This document shows, one piece after another, positions 1 to 13,004 of a DNA stretch of 64,000 bases. Positions within the stretch are counted from its first letter, which is position 1; each line of letters starts with the position of its first letter. The notes below the pieces were generated by a model. It saw nothing but the letters and a program-made list of their open reading frames with translations, searched no databases and was not told the DNA's origin. The stretch spans positions 8,324,371 through 8,388,370 of the forward strand of contig JAHRHZ010000082.1 in the NCBI GenBank assembly GCA_024137785.1. Reading direction: 5' to 3'. Source of the DNA: Ginglymostoma cirratum. Its lineage: Eukaryota. A program made the position numbers and the translations under genes.

Positions 1-306
1 GAGGACTGGAAGGCATCAGTTTCAGGTAAGAGGGGAATGAATACACGGGAACCTGAGGGGCAACTTTTTTACACAGATGGCGGTACCCGTATGAAATGAG
101 CTGCCAGCGGAAGTGGTTGAGCTGGGTACATTAACAACATTGAAAAGGCATTTGGACAAACACGTGGATAGGAAAGGTTTAGAAGGAAATGGGCCAAGTG
201 CTGGGAAATGGGGTTAGCATGGATAGACATATTAGTCGGCGCACACCAGTCTGGGTCAAAGGGCCTGCTTCCGTGCTGTAGGACTCTGTTACTCTCTATG
301 ACTCTA
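1..306 (+). mobile_element. CR1-type LINE 3' end (truncated by window edge)
   Basis: Translates to decayed CR1 ORF2 C-terminus (GNLRGNFFTQ...NELPAEVVELGTLTTLKRHLDKH...KGLEGNGP), followed by a 3'UTR ending in a ctatgactct tail. Confidence 0.9.
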
Positions 307-944
307 ACCAATATGAAACCAGTTACTGCAGCTCTAGAGGGTGCTCCAGGCTCATTTATCCAGCTTCTCTTTGTATTTTGTTGAAGCCTCGGGTTATCTG
401 TGGGTTAGATACAAAAAGAGTTCAAGCGGGGGGCAGTTCTAGTCAAATATATTTCATTTTTTATACAAGATGATATTGATCCAGTTAGAAAATTCCGAAA
501 TACCTTCCTCAGTCAAGCTCAGAATGTAAAAGTATTAATCCTATTGCTTCTCTTCAAACTGATGCAATTCTAAAGAATAGATTAGATTTTTGTGACAGAA
601 CAGTTGCATTAATTGGGCGTCCATTACACTGACCTTTTTTTGTACGAACTATAGTACTCAATAAGCAAGATTGAACTTTTTATCTGCAGGATCAAATGTC
701 AAAATATTGTAAATGCAGCCCAACAACTGGGTAGTTACTGATAGTGATTTAAGTTAGGAAAATAAATGGCACCATATGTGATATGGCTGATCTGGACTTC
801 ATCAGAAAAAAATATTTGTTTTGGAAATGCAGTAATACCTCCACACTATTGTACAGCTGCCACATGCCGCTAGTTAGTTTAACCTGTGCAAAGCTGTAAC
901 ACATTTTCTTTTGAGTAGATTTTTTTCCCCGCTCCTGAGTGGAG

Positions 945-1071
945 TGTCTGTCTGTCAGTCTCTCTTGCCTTCTTTTGCACTCTCTATCTTGCCCTAACTC
1001 TCTCTCATGCCCTTTCCCTCTCATGCCTGTCTATCTCATGGCCTCTCTCTCTGTTTTGCCCTCTCTTTTTC
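945..1071. repeat. CT-rich low-complexity tract
   Basis: Runs of tctc/ctct/tgtc. Confidence 0.7.
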
Positions 1072-4000
1072 ACAAATTGTAGGAACCCATTTAGAATTAA
1101 CAGTAAACTGCACTCTTCATTTGTGGCAGTCTGATTGCTTAAAATGGACAGCTTCCTTAATTCAGGTGACATACCACCCTTTTGTCTCAGTTCAACTTCA
1201 GTCCAATTGAATGATAAGACAGACTGCTTTTTTTATTAAGATGTTGCTTGATCCAGGTGCAGTTACTAGTTTTCAATGACTTCTTTTCGGAAGCTTGTCC
1301 TTTGTTGTAGTTCTGGCCAGTTTGGCAAGTGTCTGTACAGCCTCTTTACAGGGGAGACTTGTACCAAAAATCTCTTAGTTCAGGAAGTAATGGAAGATGA
1401 GGGATTTTATAATCTTTTGACAGACCTTGGTATTGAATGCAAATACACGATAAATTTATCTAAAACAAGATGATTTTGGCCTTCAAGCGGTTAATCAGAG
1501 GTGAGAAGAAATCAGGATCTCTTGGTGTGTTTCTAGTTTGTATTCTGGTCTGTCTCAAGGACTTCATTTTTTAATCCCTTTTGATTGTGATGGTTGAAAA
1601 GCACAGGCACTTCTTTTGTGCCAGCTCTAACATTCTTCCTCCTTGCAGTGAAGTAGCTTGCAGTTGGACTGAAGAGACAGCTTGTAAACTGAAATTAACT
1701 GTTCTGAGAATGGAAGGAGTTTCATCACAGTCCAAATTTTCTGCCCATTTCAGCAACAGAAACTTCTGTAAATGGATAATACTGATTTATCGTGGGTAGA
1801 AGATATGAGACATTATACCTTCTGATGCTAAATAAATGTAACACATTGAATAAGTCTTACTTTGATGCAAGGACCTTACTGAGTTACTTGAGGACTGTGT
1901 TCTACAAAACTAAGAAATTACGTTTCTCCAACAATCAATAAATAATTGTAGAAGGAAACAATTTTTAAAGCATTTTGCAATGTAGATTAGCAGTGGCACA
2001 TAATGGAAGTCATTGGCTGAGTTTATGAGTCAGCAGTAGTTAAAAGTTTTCAATTTATAAGCTGAGAAAGCAACGGGATAAGATGGTTTGTGTTGCCGAT
2101 TGTCCTATCTAGCCTGCCAGATCTAATCCCTTAGCGGGTACCTTATATTGATCAAAAAAATTTTATTACACCACTAAACACTTGTGTCTCTGAAGTTTTG
2201 CTTTAACTTTTTCTATTGTGCTATAACTGAGTTATTAAAGTTGATATCACTCTTCCTTGACCTCGCACGGTCTTTATCAGCATAAGACCATAACGGCAAG
2301 GGGAAGTTTTAATCAGGGTTATAAAAGGTCTTGTAAAAATTGGATGACATAAAGATGTACATTTTGCACAGGCATTGCACTCTGAAGCTTTTAGTTCGTG
2401 TCTGATACATAGGTAGATGGTAACTGAAGTATGCGGAAGAGGAGAATGACTTGGGTTTCCACGTGTGATTCTTACAGCTTGTTTTCACTCATCTATGTTG
2501 CTACATGGACACCTATATGAAAGCTAGGTATAGAAAGAAGATGAAGAGGAAAAGTTATCTGGGGCATTCTCGTGCTGCAAGTGGTCTTTTTAATAGCAAC
2601 ATTGATGGAGGTGTGAGAAAAACAGTGTTTTGCTGCCTTTGGATTCAGGAAACGGTATCACAGTGCAAAAGGGAAAAGGAAGAGAATAAAATACTCGAAG
2701 CACAAAAAGCCTAACCCATACTGGGATGCAGTAATGTCCTTTTTTGATGCTCTTGTCATCCTCGTTTCAAGCAAACTCTCATGTTTCCTTCTCCATTTTG
2801 CCATCTGATTCCTGTGTCCCTTACTTGGAAAATAAAACAAATTGACAACAAGTTTGAGAGTGTTGAGGAGCTCTGTGTGCTCTCCTATTCGCTCATGTCT
2901 AGCTGCTGAAATAGACTTTTGGGTAGAAACCTTGAATTACATAGTGCAACATGTTCATTGACTTTTCTCCAAAGGGAGGATGATTTGTATTGCAGGTTCC
3001 ATTGGGCTACAGAATCCGAACGTGGTCCATGAGGTGAAACCAGTGTACAACCAGTGCATTTGGCACCATGTCTGTTTAATGGCCCTGTATGAAACTGTGC
3101 AGCTTCTGCTTGGAAACCCTCACAGGAGATTCTTGTCCCCCTTGGACTGCTGTGAATGCTAAGCTCTACCACCCTCTGAACCAATGCACTGCACCAACAA
3201 CATACCAATCCATATCCTTATTCAGTACTCTTCTGCACCGGCGAACTAAGCCTTCGGTCTTCTTCGAGAGCTGTACAGCTTTGTCCTGATGTTGTAGGAC
3301 AGATAGAAAATGCTAGGCGCGCTCCGCAAGACCATCAGCATTTTTGGAATGAGCAGACAGGGTAATGTGTAGGATGTTGATCCTTCATTTGAATTTGACT
3401 AGATTCTGCTTGGTAAGTGTGCAAACCCACATAACTCTGTCACTGCAAGGGTTAACCAGAACATACAAAGTCTGGTGTATGATATCGTCAGTACTTCCCC
3501 ATCTCACCTAGTCTGGTTTTGAAATGTCATTAGAACTTTCGAGTAGAATTGAGTAGATTTAATTAGTTTGGAATTTGGATTAACTGTGCCTGATGAGATG
3601 TACTTTCATCTTATTCAGCAAAATATTACCTTTCTTGGTTAGCAGAGGTAATGTAATTGGCAAACAATTTGAAAATTCTTGGTTCAAAATGTCAATTGCG
3701 AATGTCATAATCTAGTTAAAGCATTCTAAAAATCATTCAAGTGACATTTTAAAGATGATAAGCTGAAACAGGAGTGGCTGGGCACTTATGCGACAACTTG
3801 CTGGTAGTTAATTAAAATTGAATTAACATCTAATCACAGTCAATGCCGTTGGAATGGTTATTGTCCAATTCTCAGCCAGGTTGTGTGATGAAAGGTCTCT
3901 CTCGAAGGGGAAAATTCTGATCTCGCTTGGATTACTCATGCTCACCTTGGGTGGATACCAACAACCATTCCACAATTATTCACTCAGTGTTGCAAAAGAG

Positions 4001-4449
4001 TCAGATTGGATCAGACGGGTTGCTGTCTGTGGTTACAAACTTCAGTGTAGCTTAACCCTTTGAAGAATGCAATGGCCTTTCTGTATAGTGACCCCAAAAC
4101 AATGATGTCCCTCTATCTCTTTGTTCACCAAGGTGGACCACGGCCACTCTACATTCCCTGTACAATCAAGTACCAACCTTCTGAAACTCAATAGTTTCTC
4201 AAGAGCGACGACAAATAAATGGGTGAGGAGTTCAGTGACATTGGGAGGTGAGGGTAGGGAGCTTTTGCACAAGATTTCACCTGTGGCTGATGGATGTGAG
4301 GAGGACACTTTTAGAATTTGAAATTTGGAAGTCACCCTAGTATTGAGCAGGCTGTGAGCAACACCTGTTGGATTGAATGTTATAACTGGGAGTAGATCAT
4401 ATTAACAGCTTTGGACTGCATGTACCTGGGACTGAATTACAAATAATTG

Positions 4450-4810
4450 TGGCTCATCCATATTTCTATCTATATCCACATCACCCTACCCTTTACAAAC
4501 ACTGACTGTCTGGAGTTCCACTACGTCCACCTTATTTTCCAATCTTTACCAACCTCATTTGACGTCTTTCCTATGGTCCTTTGGCCACGGGCTACTTTAC
4601 ACTTTGTCACCTTTGCTCGTGCAGTCACCCATCTTGTCCAAATAGCCCGGAACTTTCTCCACAGCCCTCTATCTCTCTCAACCTCAAATCTTCTGTAAAG
4701 TTCATCGGCTCAATGGTTCTTACTCTCCCCTTTGCAAACTTGTTCATCAGTATTGTCTTGTTGTATGAGCTTACCTATTGTGAAGCATGGAATCCATAGA
4801 TGTTATTAGG
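4450..4810 (+). mobile_element. Decayed L2-like LINE 3' fragment
   Basis: HITLPF resembles the L2 HITPVL motif; a later 'ggaactttctccacagccctctatctctc' segment resembles the L2 WNSLP region; highly diverged. Confidence 0.45.
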
Positions 4811-4826
4811 AAACTTGAGGACACGA

Positions 4827-5148
4827 GGGCGGCACGGTGGCACAGTGGTTAGCACTGCTGCCTCACAGCACCAGGGACTGGGGTTTGATTCCACCCTTTG
4901 TGTAGAGTTTGCACATTCTCCCTGTGTCTGTGTGGGTTTCCTCCAGGTGCACTGGTTTCCTCCCACAGTCCAAAAATGAGCAGGCTAGGTGGATTGGCCA
5001 TGCTAAATTGCCCGTAGTGTTTAGAGGTGTGTAGGTTAAGTGGGTTAAAGGGTAATGGGTCTGGGTGGGATGCTCTGAGGTTCGGTGTAAACTTGTTGGG
5101 CTGACGGGCCTGTTTCCACACTGTGTAGGGATTCAGTGATTCTATGAC
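4827..5148 (+). mobile_element. HE1-like V-SINE (tRNA head, V domain, CR1-like tail)
   Basis: gggcggcacggtggcacagtggttagcactgctgcctcacag head; V-domain gagtttgcacattctccc...ggtttcctcccacagtccaaa; gattctatga tail. Confidence 0.9.
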
Positions 5149-8100
5149 TAATTATCCAATTATTTAAAACACAGCATTTAGAATATAGTTGAACTGGGTT
5201 AGGCTTTGGTTTAAGATATATATTTGGTAAACTTTTAAGTGAACTGTAAAAATGAGACTGGAGCTACTCTGTTTATAATCACGCCATGTTTCACTGAAAA
5301 GTTGGAGATGAGTGAAAGCAACAAGTTATCTCAACCAAAGCAAGTTTAAGAAATCATGACCTTGATTTAGCTGGGTACTATTTTTGTTTTAATCAACTAA
5401 AATATATAATAGAGGTAGGCTGTTGTGTTGCAACAGGTGTGAAGGGGTCTTTTATTTGAACTGAGGGATTAGACATTTAAAATCTAATCTTTGATCTCAC
5501 CATCACATTAGGATACTTTTTTGCTTCTGTAGTATGTTTTAATAAAGTAACTAAAATTAGGAATTCAGGGTGGGAAGAAAGCTTTAATCCCTCTGGCATG
5601 ACACTGCAAGCTGTGTACAATCGCTTCAATTCTTGAATCATTTGGATGATATTGGCAATCTACGTCAGTATGTCCGTGCTTTTTTTTTCCTCACAGTTCT
5701 CTCAGTTGGTGTACTTCGGATTTGAATGTTGCATAATAATAGGATGTGCTGGTGTTAGATGGTGTCTGGGGAAATAAAACTCGCCCTTTCAGACACCTCC
5801 CATATGGTTAGTTTGCTAATACAGTAGAAAAGGATGACCTCAGCTGTGTTTATATTTGTTGTAGATACCAGTTATTGGGATGTGCTTTAGTGGTGGCTGC
5901 TTTTTCTGCAAGTCTGTGGATCTGAAGTGATATGCTATTTATTTTACAGGTTGTTTCAACATTAGTTTTTGAGAATTACAAGGAAATTGCAGCCCAGTCA
6001 TCGGTCTTCCATTGATTTATGTCCTGCATGAGCCTCTTTGTGTCTTACTTGATCTCACCCCATCTGACAGTGTCCAATATCTTTCTCAAAGAATTATTTC
6101 AGGTCGCATAACAATTGCAGCCTCCTTGGATTTCTTTGCTAAAGGGTTGATTAACAGTGACCAGTGGCAGAAAATAGGTCGCATTGGAGTGGCCTTCTGT
6201 CACATACCCTGCCCCATTTCCTTTGCCAAATTGGACAAAGTGAACGACAAGCAGCCAAACCACAGCTGTTGAGTTACTATGTCAATATTTTATCCGGTAG
6301 AGTGGCACTGAGGGCACATTTTCCCAATGGAATAGAATGAACTTTTTTACTTGCTCAACATTGAGGGAAAATGGCGCAGTCTCTGGATTGTACCAAAAAT
6401 CCTCACCACATGCTACCGTGTGTTTGAATTGACTTCAGAAGGTGAAAGGATAAAAACTCTCAGACTCTGACTGAACATAATGATAGAAATAATACATTTA
6501 TAATGGTTTCCATCTTTAATATTCAACGTTTAGTGGCAAAAGTAGCAAAAATTCTCCTCTTGTACCAACTTACAATGTAAAACTGACCCTTGAACCATGG
6601 TTACTTACCTTTTTACACATTCTCTCAATCCAGACCCCATAATGGCCTCAGGCTGTTTTCTGAGGTGATTCAATATAGCAATGGCTTCAAATTCTGTTGA
6701 AGATAAGCCAGAATAAAGGTCATTAAAAATCATAGGGTGGAAATTCTTTTAGGCTCATTTTCTCCCAATTGGGAGGCGTGAGGTCAGCCTGAAATTGGAC
6801 TTCAAGCTTCATTAGAATTATTTGGGCTGCTGCCCTTTCCTGTCTTGACTACACATGCAGCTTGCCCATTAAGATGAATGTTGGAGCATTTGAATCACTG
6901 GCATGCCCCTTTTAGCGGCAGCCATTTACCAGTCCCCATCCACATCTGGAAAAGTGCCTCCTTGCTCAGGGCAGTCCAATTCACCCCTCGAGTCCCAAAA
7001 CCAATCCCAGCAGCTCCCCAACCACCTCCCACACCCGTATCATGAACAATGGCCCTAAACAGTATTGGATCAGACCTACTTTGACTACATTGACCACAAG
7101 AACTTGGACCTCAAATTAGCTCTCAATGAGTGTGTTTTCTTTTTTGAGCTTGTGAAACAGACATGGCAAGGTCCCATTTCTACTCTGATGTATCATGTAA
7201 GGTACAATTAGCTGCTTGAACATTCACAAGCTTCCAACCACGAAGGAGGTACGCTGGCCAAGATATTGTCTAGTGCATTCTGCAGCTGAAGGCTTGTAAT
7301 TACATTTAGATGTTCCTGGATAGCTTTCAGAGATGCTGAAGTGATACAAATCGCTCTGCGCTGTATGGGCATTGCCACCTAAACCCCTTCATATTTCACG
7401 GGAGCAACTCACATCTGCACAGTCACTCATTAAATGGAATGACTTCCAATCAGTCCAGGACAAAGAATTGACTAACTTTATCATGATGAGCAAAAAGCGT
7501 AGTTGCATAAATAATGAATTCATTTGTGTTGTGCTGGACAATAATGAATGTGCAGAATGGGATGCTCAATGTTGTCTCGAAAGAGAACATTTCTCTCGCA
7601 ACTCGCGGTTGCACAGCATGCCTTGGGTGATCATGTTTTTACTGTGCCATTGCTTGTTAAGTTCAATCACATTAATTTTCACTCCTTAGGACACAAGTAG
7701 CTTGCTGTTCTGTGCTCTGACTGGGGCAAGTCGGGAGGAGAATTTGTACCCAATCGTAGTGGTGTTGAGGAGTTGAGAGATTAGCAGAACAGAAACCAGA
7801 TGCTTTTACTTAATGCGGACGCAGTCTCCTCGAGCAGCCTTTTCTATATTTCTGCTTCTGTTATATCCACTTGACATCATAGTCAGAAATCTTCGAGCCG
7901 GTACCCCTAAAGTTGGAACAAAACTGTTCAGCAATCAAATGGCCAAATTAAGCAAAAGTGCAAACTAAAATCAGCGTTGTCACTTTTTTTTTCTTAGAGA
8001 GGTATGGATGATGAAACTCTGTCTCTGACAGAGCAATCCATGTTTTAAACCACAATTTTGTCTGAATGTGTCTCGCAAAATGACATCATTTAGAATGACA

Positions 8101-8896
8101 GACCGAACTATGAAATAGTTATTTGTTTGACAGGAAACCTTTCTGTGAGCCTCCTCCCTAACCACAGTGTTCACATCCAGATCATTTCATACCTGTGGGC
8201 ATGTTTCATTTGCAGTGACCACTTTCAAAGACAAGTTCTGGGTATCTCAACATGACTGCAGAGACCCCTGCATTTTTAACAGCAGCACCATTTTTCAAAT
8301 ATTGAATCATTTCCTTCCATCCACCCTCCACCCTTTGGAAACCTGCACCTTCTTCAACTGGCCAGCCTGACTTGTATTAAAAAGCAAGCTTTTGATCATT
8401 ATTTTAAACCCCAATGTCTGTGGGAGCTATTTTTAAGCCTGATATTAATGTGTCTAATACCTTTAAACTGAACGCAGAGCATTGTACAAAGCCAGGAGAC
8501 CATTCAGCTCATCCATTCCTGTGTCAGTTATTTGCAATAACTATCCAATTAATCCCACTCTCCTCTTCTTTCACCATTGCTCTATAAAGTTATACCCTTC
8601 ACTTATTGATCAAATTTCTTTGTGGTGGTTAAATTAACCTGCTTCCATTAGCCAACAGGTCATAACAATTTACTACGTTTCTTTTGACAAAAAAATCCCC
8701 CTCCTCTCTTATCTGGTTCTTTGCTAATGATCTTGAACCTATAATCTTCAGATTACTGACCCCCTTGTTAGTGTGAACGTCTCCTTATTTACTTGATAAA
8801 TATCTTTTGGAATTTTGAATGCCTCTATTAAATCCGCCCTTAAACTCCTCTACTCTAAATATTTTTAATATTTGATCAAACTTGCTGTTATACACT

Positions 8897-9005
8897 AAAT
8901 AAAAAACTGAAAGAACTGCTGACGCTGAGAGCTCTGAGGAAGGGTCACCGGACCCGAAACGTTAACTCTTGATTTTTTTTTCTTCACAGATGTTGCCAGA
9001 CTGGT
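8897..9005 (+). mobile_element. Penelope-like pseudo-LTR fragment with short inverted tail piece
   Basis: ctgaggaagggtcaccggacccgaaacgttaactct...cacagatgttgccagac matches the element at 10295; the upstream aaaaactgaaagaactgctgacgctg is the approximate reverse complement of that element's 3' end. Confidence 0.75.
8927..8970 (+). ncRNA. Putative minimal type I hammerhead ribozyme
   Basis: CUGAGGA 8934-8940, extra A, stem II GGGUC-ACCG-GACCC, GAAAC-GUU; stem I gagagcu/aacucuu pairs 6 of 7 including one G-U. Confidence 0.65.
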
Positions 9006-10260
9006 TTAAAGTGAATAATCTCAGTTTCAATATTCACTTCATTTTGCTGATGTTTTTCATCTCTGAGACCATCCTGGTAAATCTGTTTTGCACCTTTTCC
9101 AAGAGCTCAAATCCTTTTTTAAAGTGATGCCCAGCTGTGATGCTCACGTAACACTATCCAGGAAAGTGTATCCAGTGACGAGCAAGGGTTTAGCTTTACT
9201 ACCTGATGGACTCAGAAACTGGACGGAGATTAGCCTCACCTCATCGCTCTTGGCTTTGTACATTGATTTTCCAGGTTTGTTCTGGGGTGAATATTAGGAT
9301 GACCGCCAGAATATGACATCCATTAAGTTGTTATCAAGTCATTGGCTTCATTTGGTGTCCTTGACACTAATTCCTGTGTCTAACCACAGTCCATGTGTAT
9401 TAATTCAATTCACATTGTGGATGCAAATGGGACTTTTTTTAAGTTTTACTGAGCTTAGTAACTCATACTAGGCACAGTTCTGTACATGTAGTTTGCTACA
9501 AATCATGTTTTGCTGTTAATTATAACCATCTTTGTGTGAAGTTGGCATATTGTAATGATTTCTGGAGATCATTATTAAAAGCAAACTACCTTTTGATAGT
9601 AGAGGACTGGTTCCTGTTTGCAGTCTTGCGATATTTATGTGATTGGAGGAAGATAAAGGAAGGAAATGGCAGTCCACTGAAAGAACAATGAGTATGTATT
9701 TTGGCAGCACCGCAGAATGAAGAGCCCTGGTGTTGAGGGATACTGTACAGCATTCGCTTCAGGGAGCAGAACACCCATGTGGCTGACCCCAACGTGCACA
9801 TGAAGCCTCAGAAGGAGCATTATCTTTGTGTGTCACCCATCCCTAACTGATGTGACTCCTGAATGTCTGGTTTGAACGATATAGGTCCAGACAATAAATT
9901 TGTAAGTCACTCCACAAAGGGTAATGTGCCTACCATAGCTGAACAGCTGGAGGTAGCTGTACAGATGTCATCGTTCCCGAATGTGAAGGGGAGGTAGAAT
10001 TCATGAATGATGACCGTGAGTTCTGAGTGAGAGATTTTACTGTTGGATGAATGGTTGGGTGTAGCACACTAGTGTGAGAGTATGATCATGTAATGGCACA
10101 AGATGTCATTTGAAGATGCATTTGCTGACTTTGATCATGCTGATGAGTCCCTTTTCCATTTTTGTAGAATTGCTGCCTATTTCTTAAGGCTAGATTCTGA
10201 CATTGACCTTCCTTGCCAATTGTTCTTAATCCCTTGGTGGCTGCTATGTGAGAGGCTCCC

Positions 10261-10950
10261 TTAAGATCATAAGAAATAGGAACAGGACTAGGCTTCTGAG
10301 GAAAAGTCCCTGGACCTGAAACGTTAACTCTGATTTCTCTCCACGGATGCTTCCAGACTTGCTGAGCTTTTCCAGCAATTTTTGACTTTTTTTTTCTCTC
10401 TGATTTACAGCATCTGCAGTTCTTTCATTTTTTTTAAACAGGAGTAGGCTGTTTGGTCCCTCGAGCCTGCTTCATCATTCAATAGGATCATGGCTGATCT
10501 GACTCTCCTCACATTCACTTTCCTGCCTTTTTCCCTTTACCTTTGGTTGATAATGAATCTCTTTATCTTAGACTTAAATATACTTGAGGATTGCAGCGCT
10601 ACAGCTTTCTGCGGCAAGGAGTTCCAAAGACTCTCAACCCTCTGAAAAGAAATCCCTTCTTCTCCCAATTTTAAATTGGTACCCCTTTATTCTGGGACCA
10701 TGTACTCTGGTCCTAGACTCTCCCATGAGGGGAAACATCCTCGGCATTTACCCTGTCAAGCGCTTTAAGAATCATATATGTTTCAATGACTTCACCTTGC
10801 AGTCTTCCAAACTCCAGCGAGTAGAGCACCAACCCATTTAGCCTTTGTTCACAAAACAATCTCTCAATATCATCCTTGTGAACTTTCTCTGAACTGCCTT
10901 CAGTGAAATTATATCTCCCCTGAAGTAAGGGGAGAAAACTTGCTCAAGAA
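10261..10950 (-). mobile_element. CR1 3' fragment hosting a PLE insertion
   Basis: Antisense tail taagatcataagaaatagg, then typical antisense 3'UTR/ORF2 end (ctctggtcctagactctccc, gaactttctctgaactgcc). Confidence 0.85.
10295..10436 (+). mobile_element. Short PLE-derived element with hammerhead motif and 14-bp TSD
   Basis: Starts tctgaggaaaagtccctggacctgaaacgttaactctg; flanked by aacaggactaggct (10281-10294) and aacaggagtaggct (10437-10450). Confidence 0.8.
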
Positions 10951-13004
10951 TTCCTGCCCCCTTTTTGGAAACATGGCTTCTCTCCTGGACCCTGTGTGGG
11001 TGCCACTAGGGCCTGTGGCACAGGGTTTGTAAATGTTGGAGCCCTCATCCTAGCCTGGTTCACAGTTCAGTGTTCCAAACTCATTGTCAGCTTTCAACGT
11101 GGTTAGTGCAGCTTTCCTTTGAGATGGACAACATGTGTTTTAGAGTTTGAGAACCGAGCATGCTGTTCGATCCTCCTATTGTATGCTAGCAATGTGGTAG
11201 ATGCTTGGCCTTATGCTAAACCAGCATGAAATTTGTGCTGACCATGCCTAACACAAATGTTCTTGGCAGGTCACAAAAGGTAATCCTTGCCACCAAAAAG
11301 CAGGCTAATCCAATTTAACGTGAAATAAAGATTGTCCACATTCACACACACAGCAGTTTTGCATCGCAGTGAAGTGTATTGCCTGAGAAGGTCGACAATT
11401 CTTCAAGGTGGCAGTGAAATATTTGCGCCATGTCCGGTAAAAGCATGAACCAACCTCGAGGTTGTGCGGTCTATTGCCCTTTGCTGGAAAGACCACTAAC
11501 TCAGATCATTTGAATCTGTAGCTCCTTCCAAGGTGCCGCTGGACAACCGTAGGAGGCTTCCAAATAGGCGCTGGATTGAGGGGAGGTAGCATTATCCCCT
11601 CCACAATCCTCAACTACCAATTCCCACCCTCCAGACTGATGGTTGATGGAGATCGGGTTTAACTTATCCTAAGAAACCATCCATAAGAAAAAGCTAAGCT
11701 GGCTTGTCTGGAAGATAGGTGTAGAACATTTGCCAAATAATTGAGGAAGAAGGAATTTGAAAATTTCACAAGATCTTTTGATTAAACAATGTTGTTTCAG
11801 GTAGGTGGCATGTCTCTTTTAAGACTGCAACACCGTTGTATTGACCTGTACACATTAGACATTTTTTTAAAAAACACTAAAACTAACAAGTCTGCACAAT
11901 GTTCTGTTTTGCATAGCTCAGCCTTGTCATAAAGTTCAAAGTATTTTTTTATTACATTTGGCCTCTTATTACAGAAGAAATCAGCTACCACCTTTATTTA
12001 TGAGTCAATAAACATTGCTTTGAAGTAGTCGAACATTCCTTTTCCAACAATATACCTGTCAATTCCTGGTCAGTTTTGCCAACTCCAAAGTAAACAAAAT
12101 CAATTCTCAGTGTGTACCTGCGCTATCTGAAGCATCAGTATTTCACTAAGGAGATTAATATGATTGAATTTTCTAAAACATTCACAAGAAAAATGGTAGT
12201 GACGATAAGATTACTGAGACGCAAATGAGGGAGCAAATTAAATTTTGGCCATGGCCTGTATGAAGGGTATAGAGACTGGGGGTGGGGAGAGAATGAGTAC
12301 CTTGAATTGTAAGTTTGCTTGGGTTTTCCCAATATATCCCGTTCAAAGGATTTCTCTGAAGTGTGGGATTGATTTGGCCATGTTTACACCCAACTACAGA
12401 CACATATACTTGACTTTGTATTTCTGAGATTAGACAGCAGAGTGGAAGATGTGGATGTGTGCTAAAGGACTAATTGGTTTGGAGTAAGAAGACCACACAG
12501 AGCAGTTCTGAAATTGTGCAAGGTTAGGATGTAATGTGATGTACAAATGGACTGATCTGTTGAATAATTGCAGCACTTTTAATCAACTGTATTGTGGAGC
12601 TCATAATACTCTACCTTTTTTGCATTTGATTTATATCCGCACATGGTCAGGTACTTCCAAACAACTAGCCATCCAACTCAGTTCCAACATCATGAGCAGT
12701 CTGCACATACTGCCAATGTTAATTACTGATTGTACCTAATTGGTTATTTGTGAAAATGTAGGGAAGGAAAACACAGAATAAATGAACTGAGCCTTTAAAT
12801 CCCCATGATATAACAAGTTGAAGACCTTTCTATGCTGTCATATTTGAAAATCTACAATTGTACGACACCTCCATGTTTATTCTGCTTGAGGTTGGAATGC
12901 AAATATCACTTGTTAATAATGCAAAAATTAATCTGTTACTCTCCCTGCATGCAGTATTAGCCATAACCACCTTGTAAGAGGGGGGCAACCATTTGAAATC
13001 TCTC

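Larger units (their letters stand above)
8475..9135 (-). mobile_element. Old CR1 3' fragment, interrupted by an insertion at ~8860-9005
   Basis: Antisense CR1 3'UTR pattern (ggagaccattcagctcatcc...aatcccactctcc) continuing after the insert (catcctggtaaatct...gcaccttttcca). Confidence 0.7.

Noticed and set aside
4827-4900. tRNA-like sequences here and at other SINE heads
   Set aside because: They continue into SINE bodies and lack a full cloverleaf; not tRNA genes.
6735-11629. gggtggaaatt ... aattcccaccc as TIRs of one 4.9-kb DNA transposon
   Set aside because: Only ~10 of 11 bp match, there is no matching TSD, and the interior is heterogeneous.
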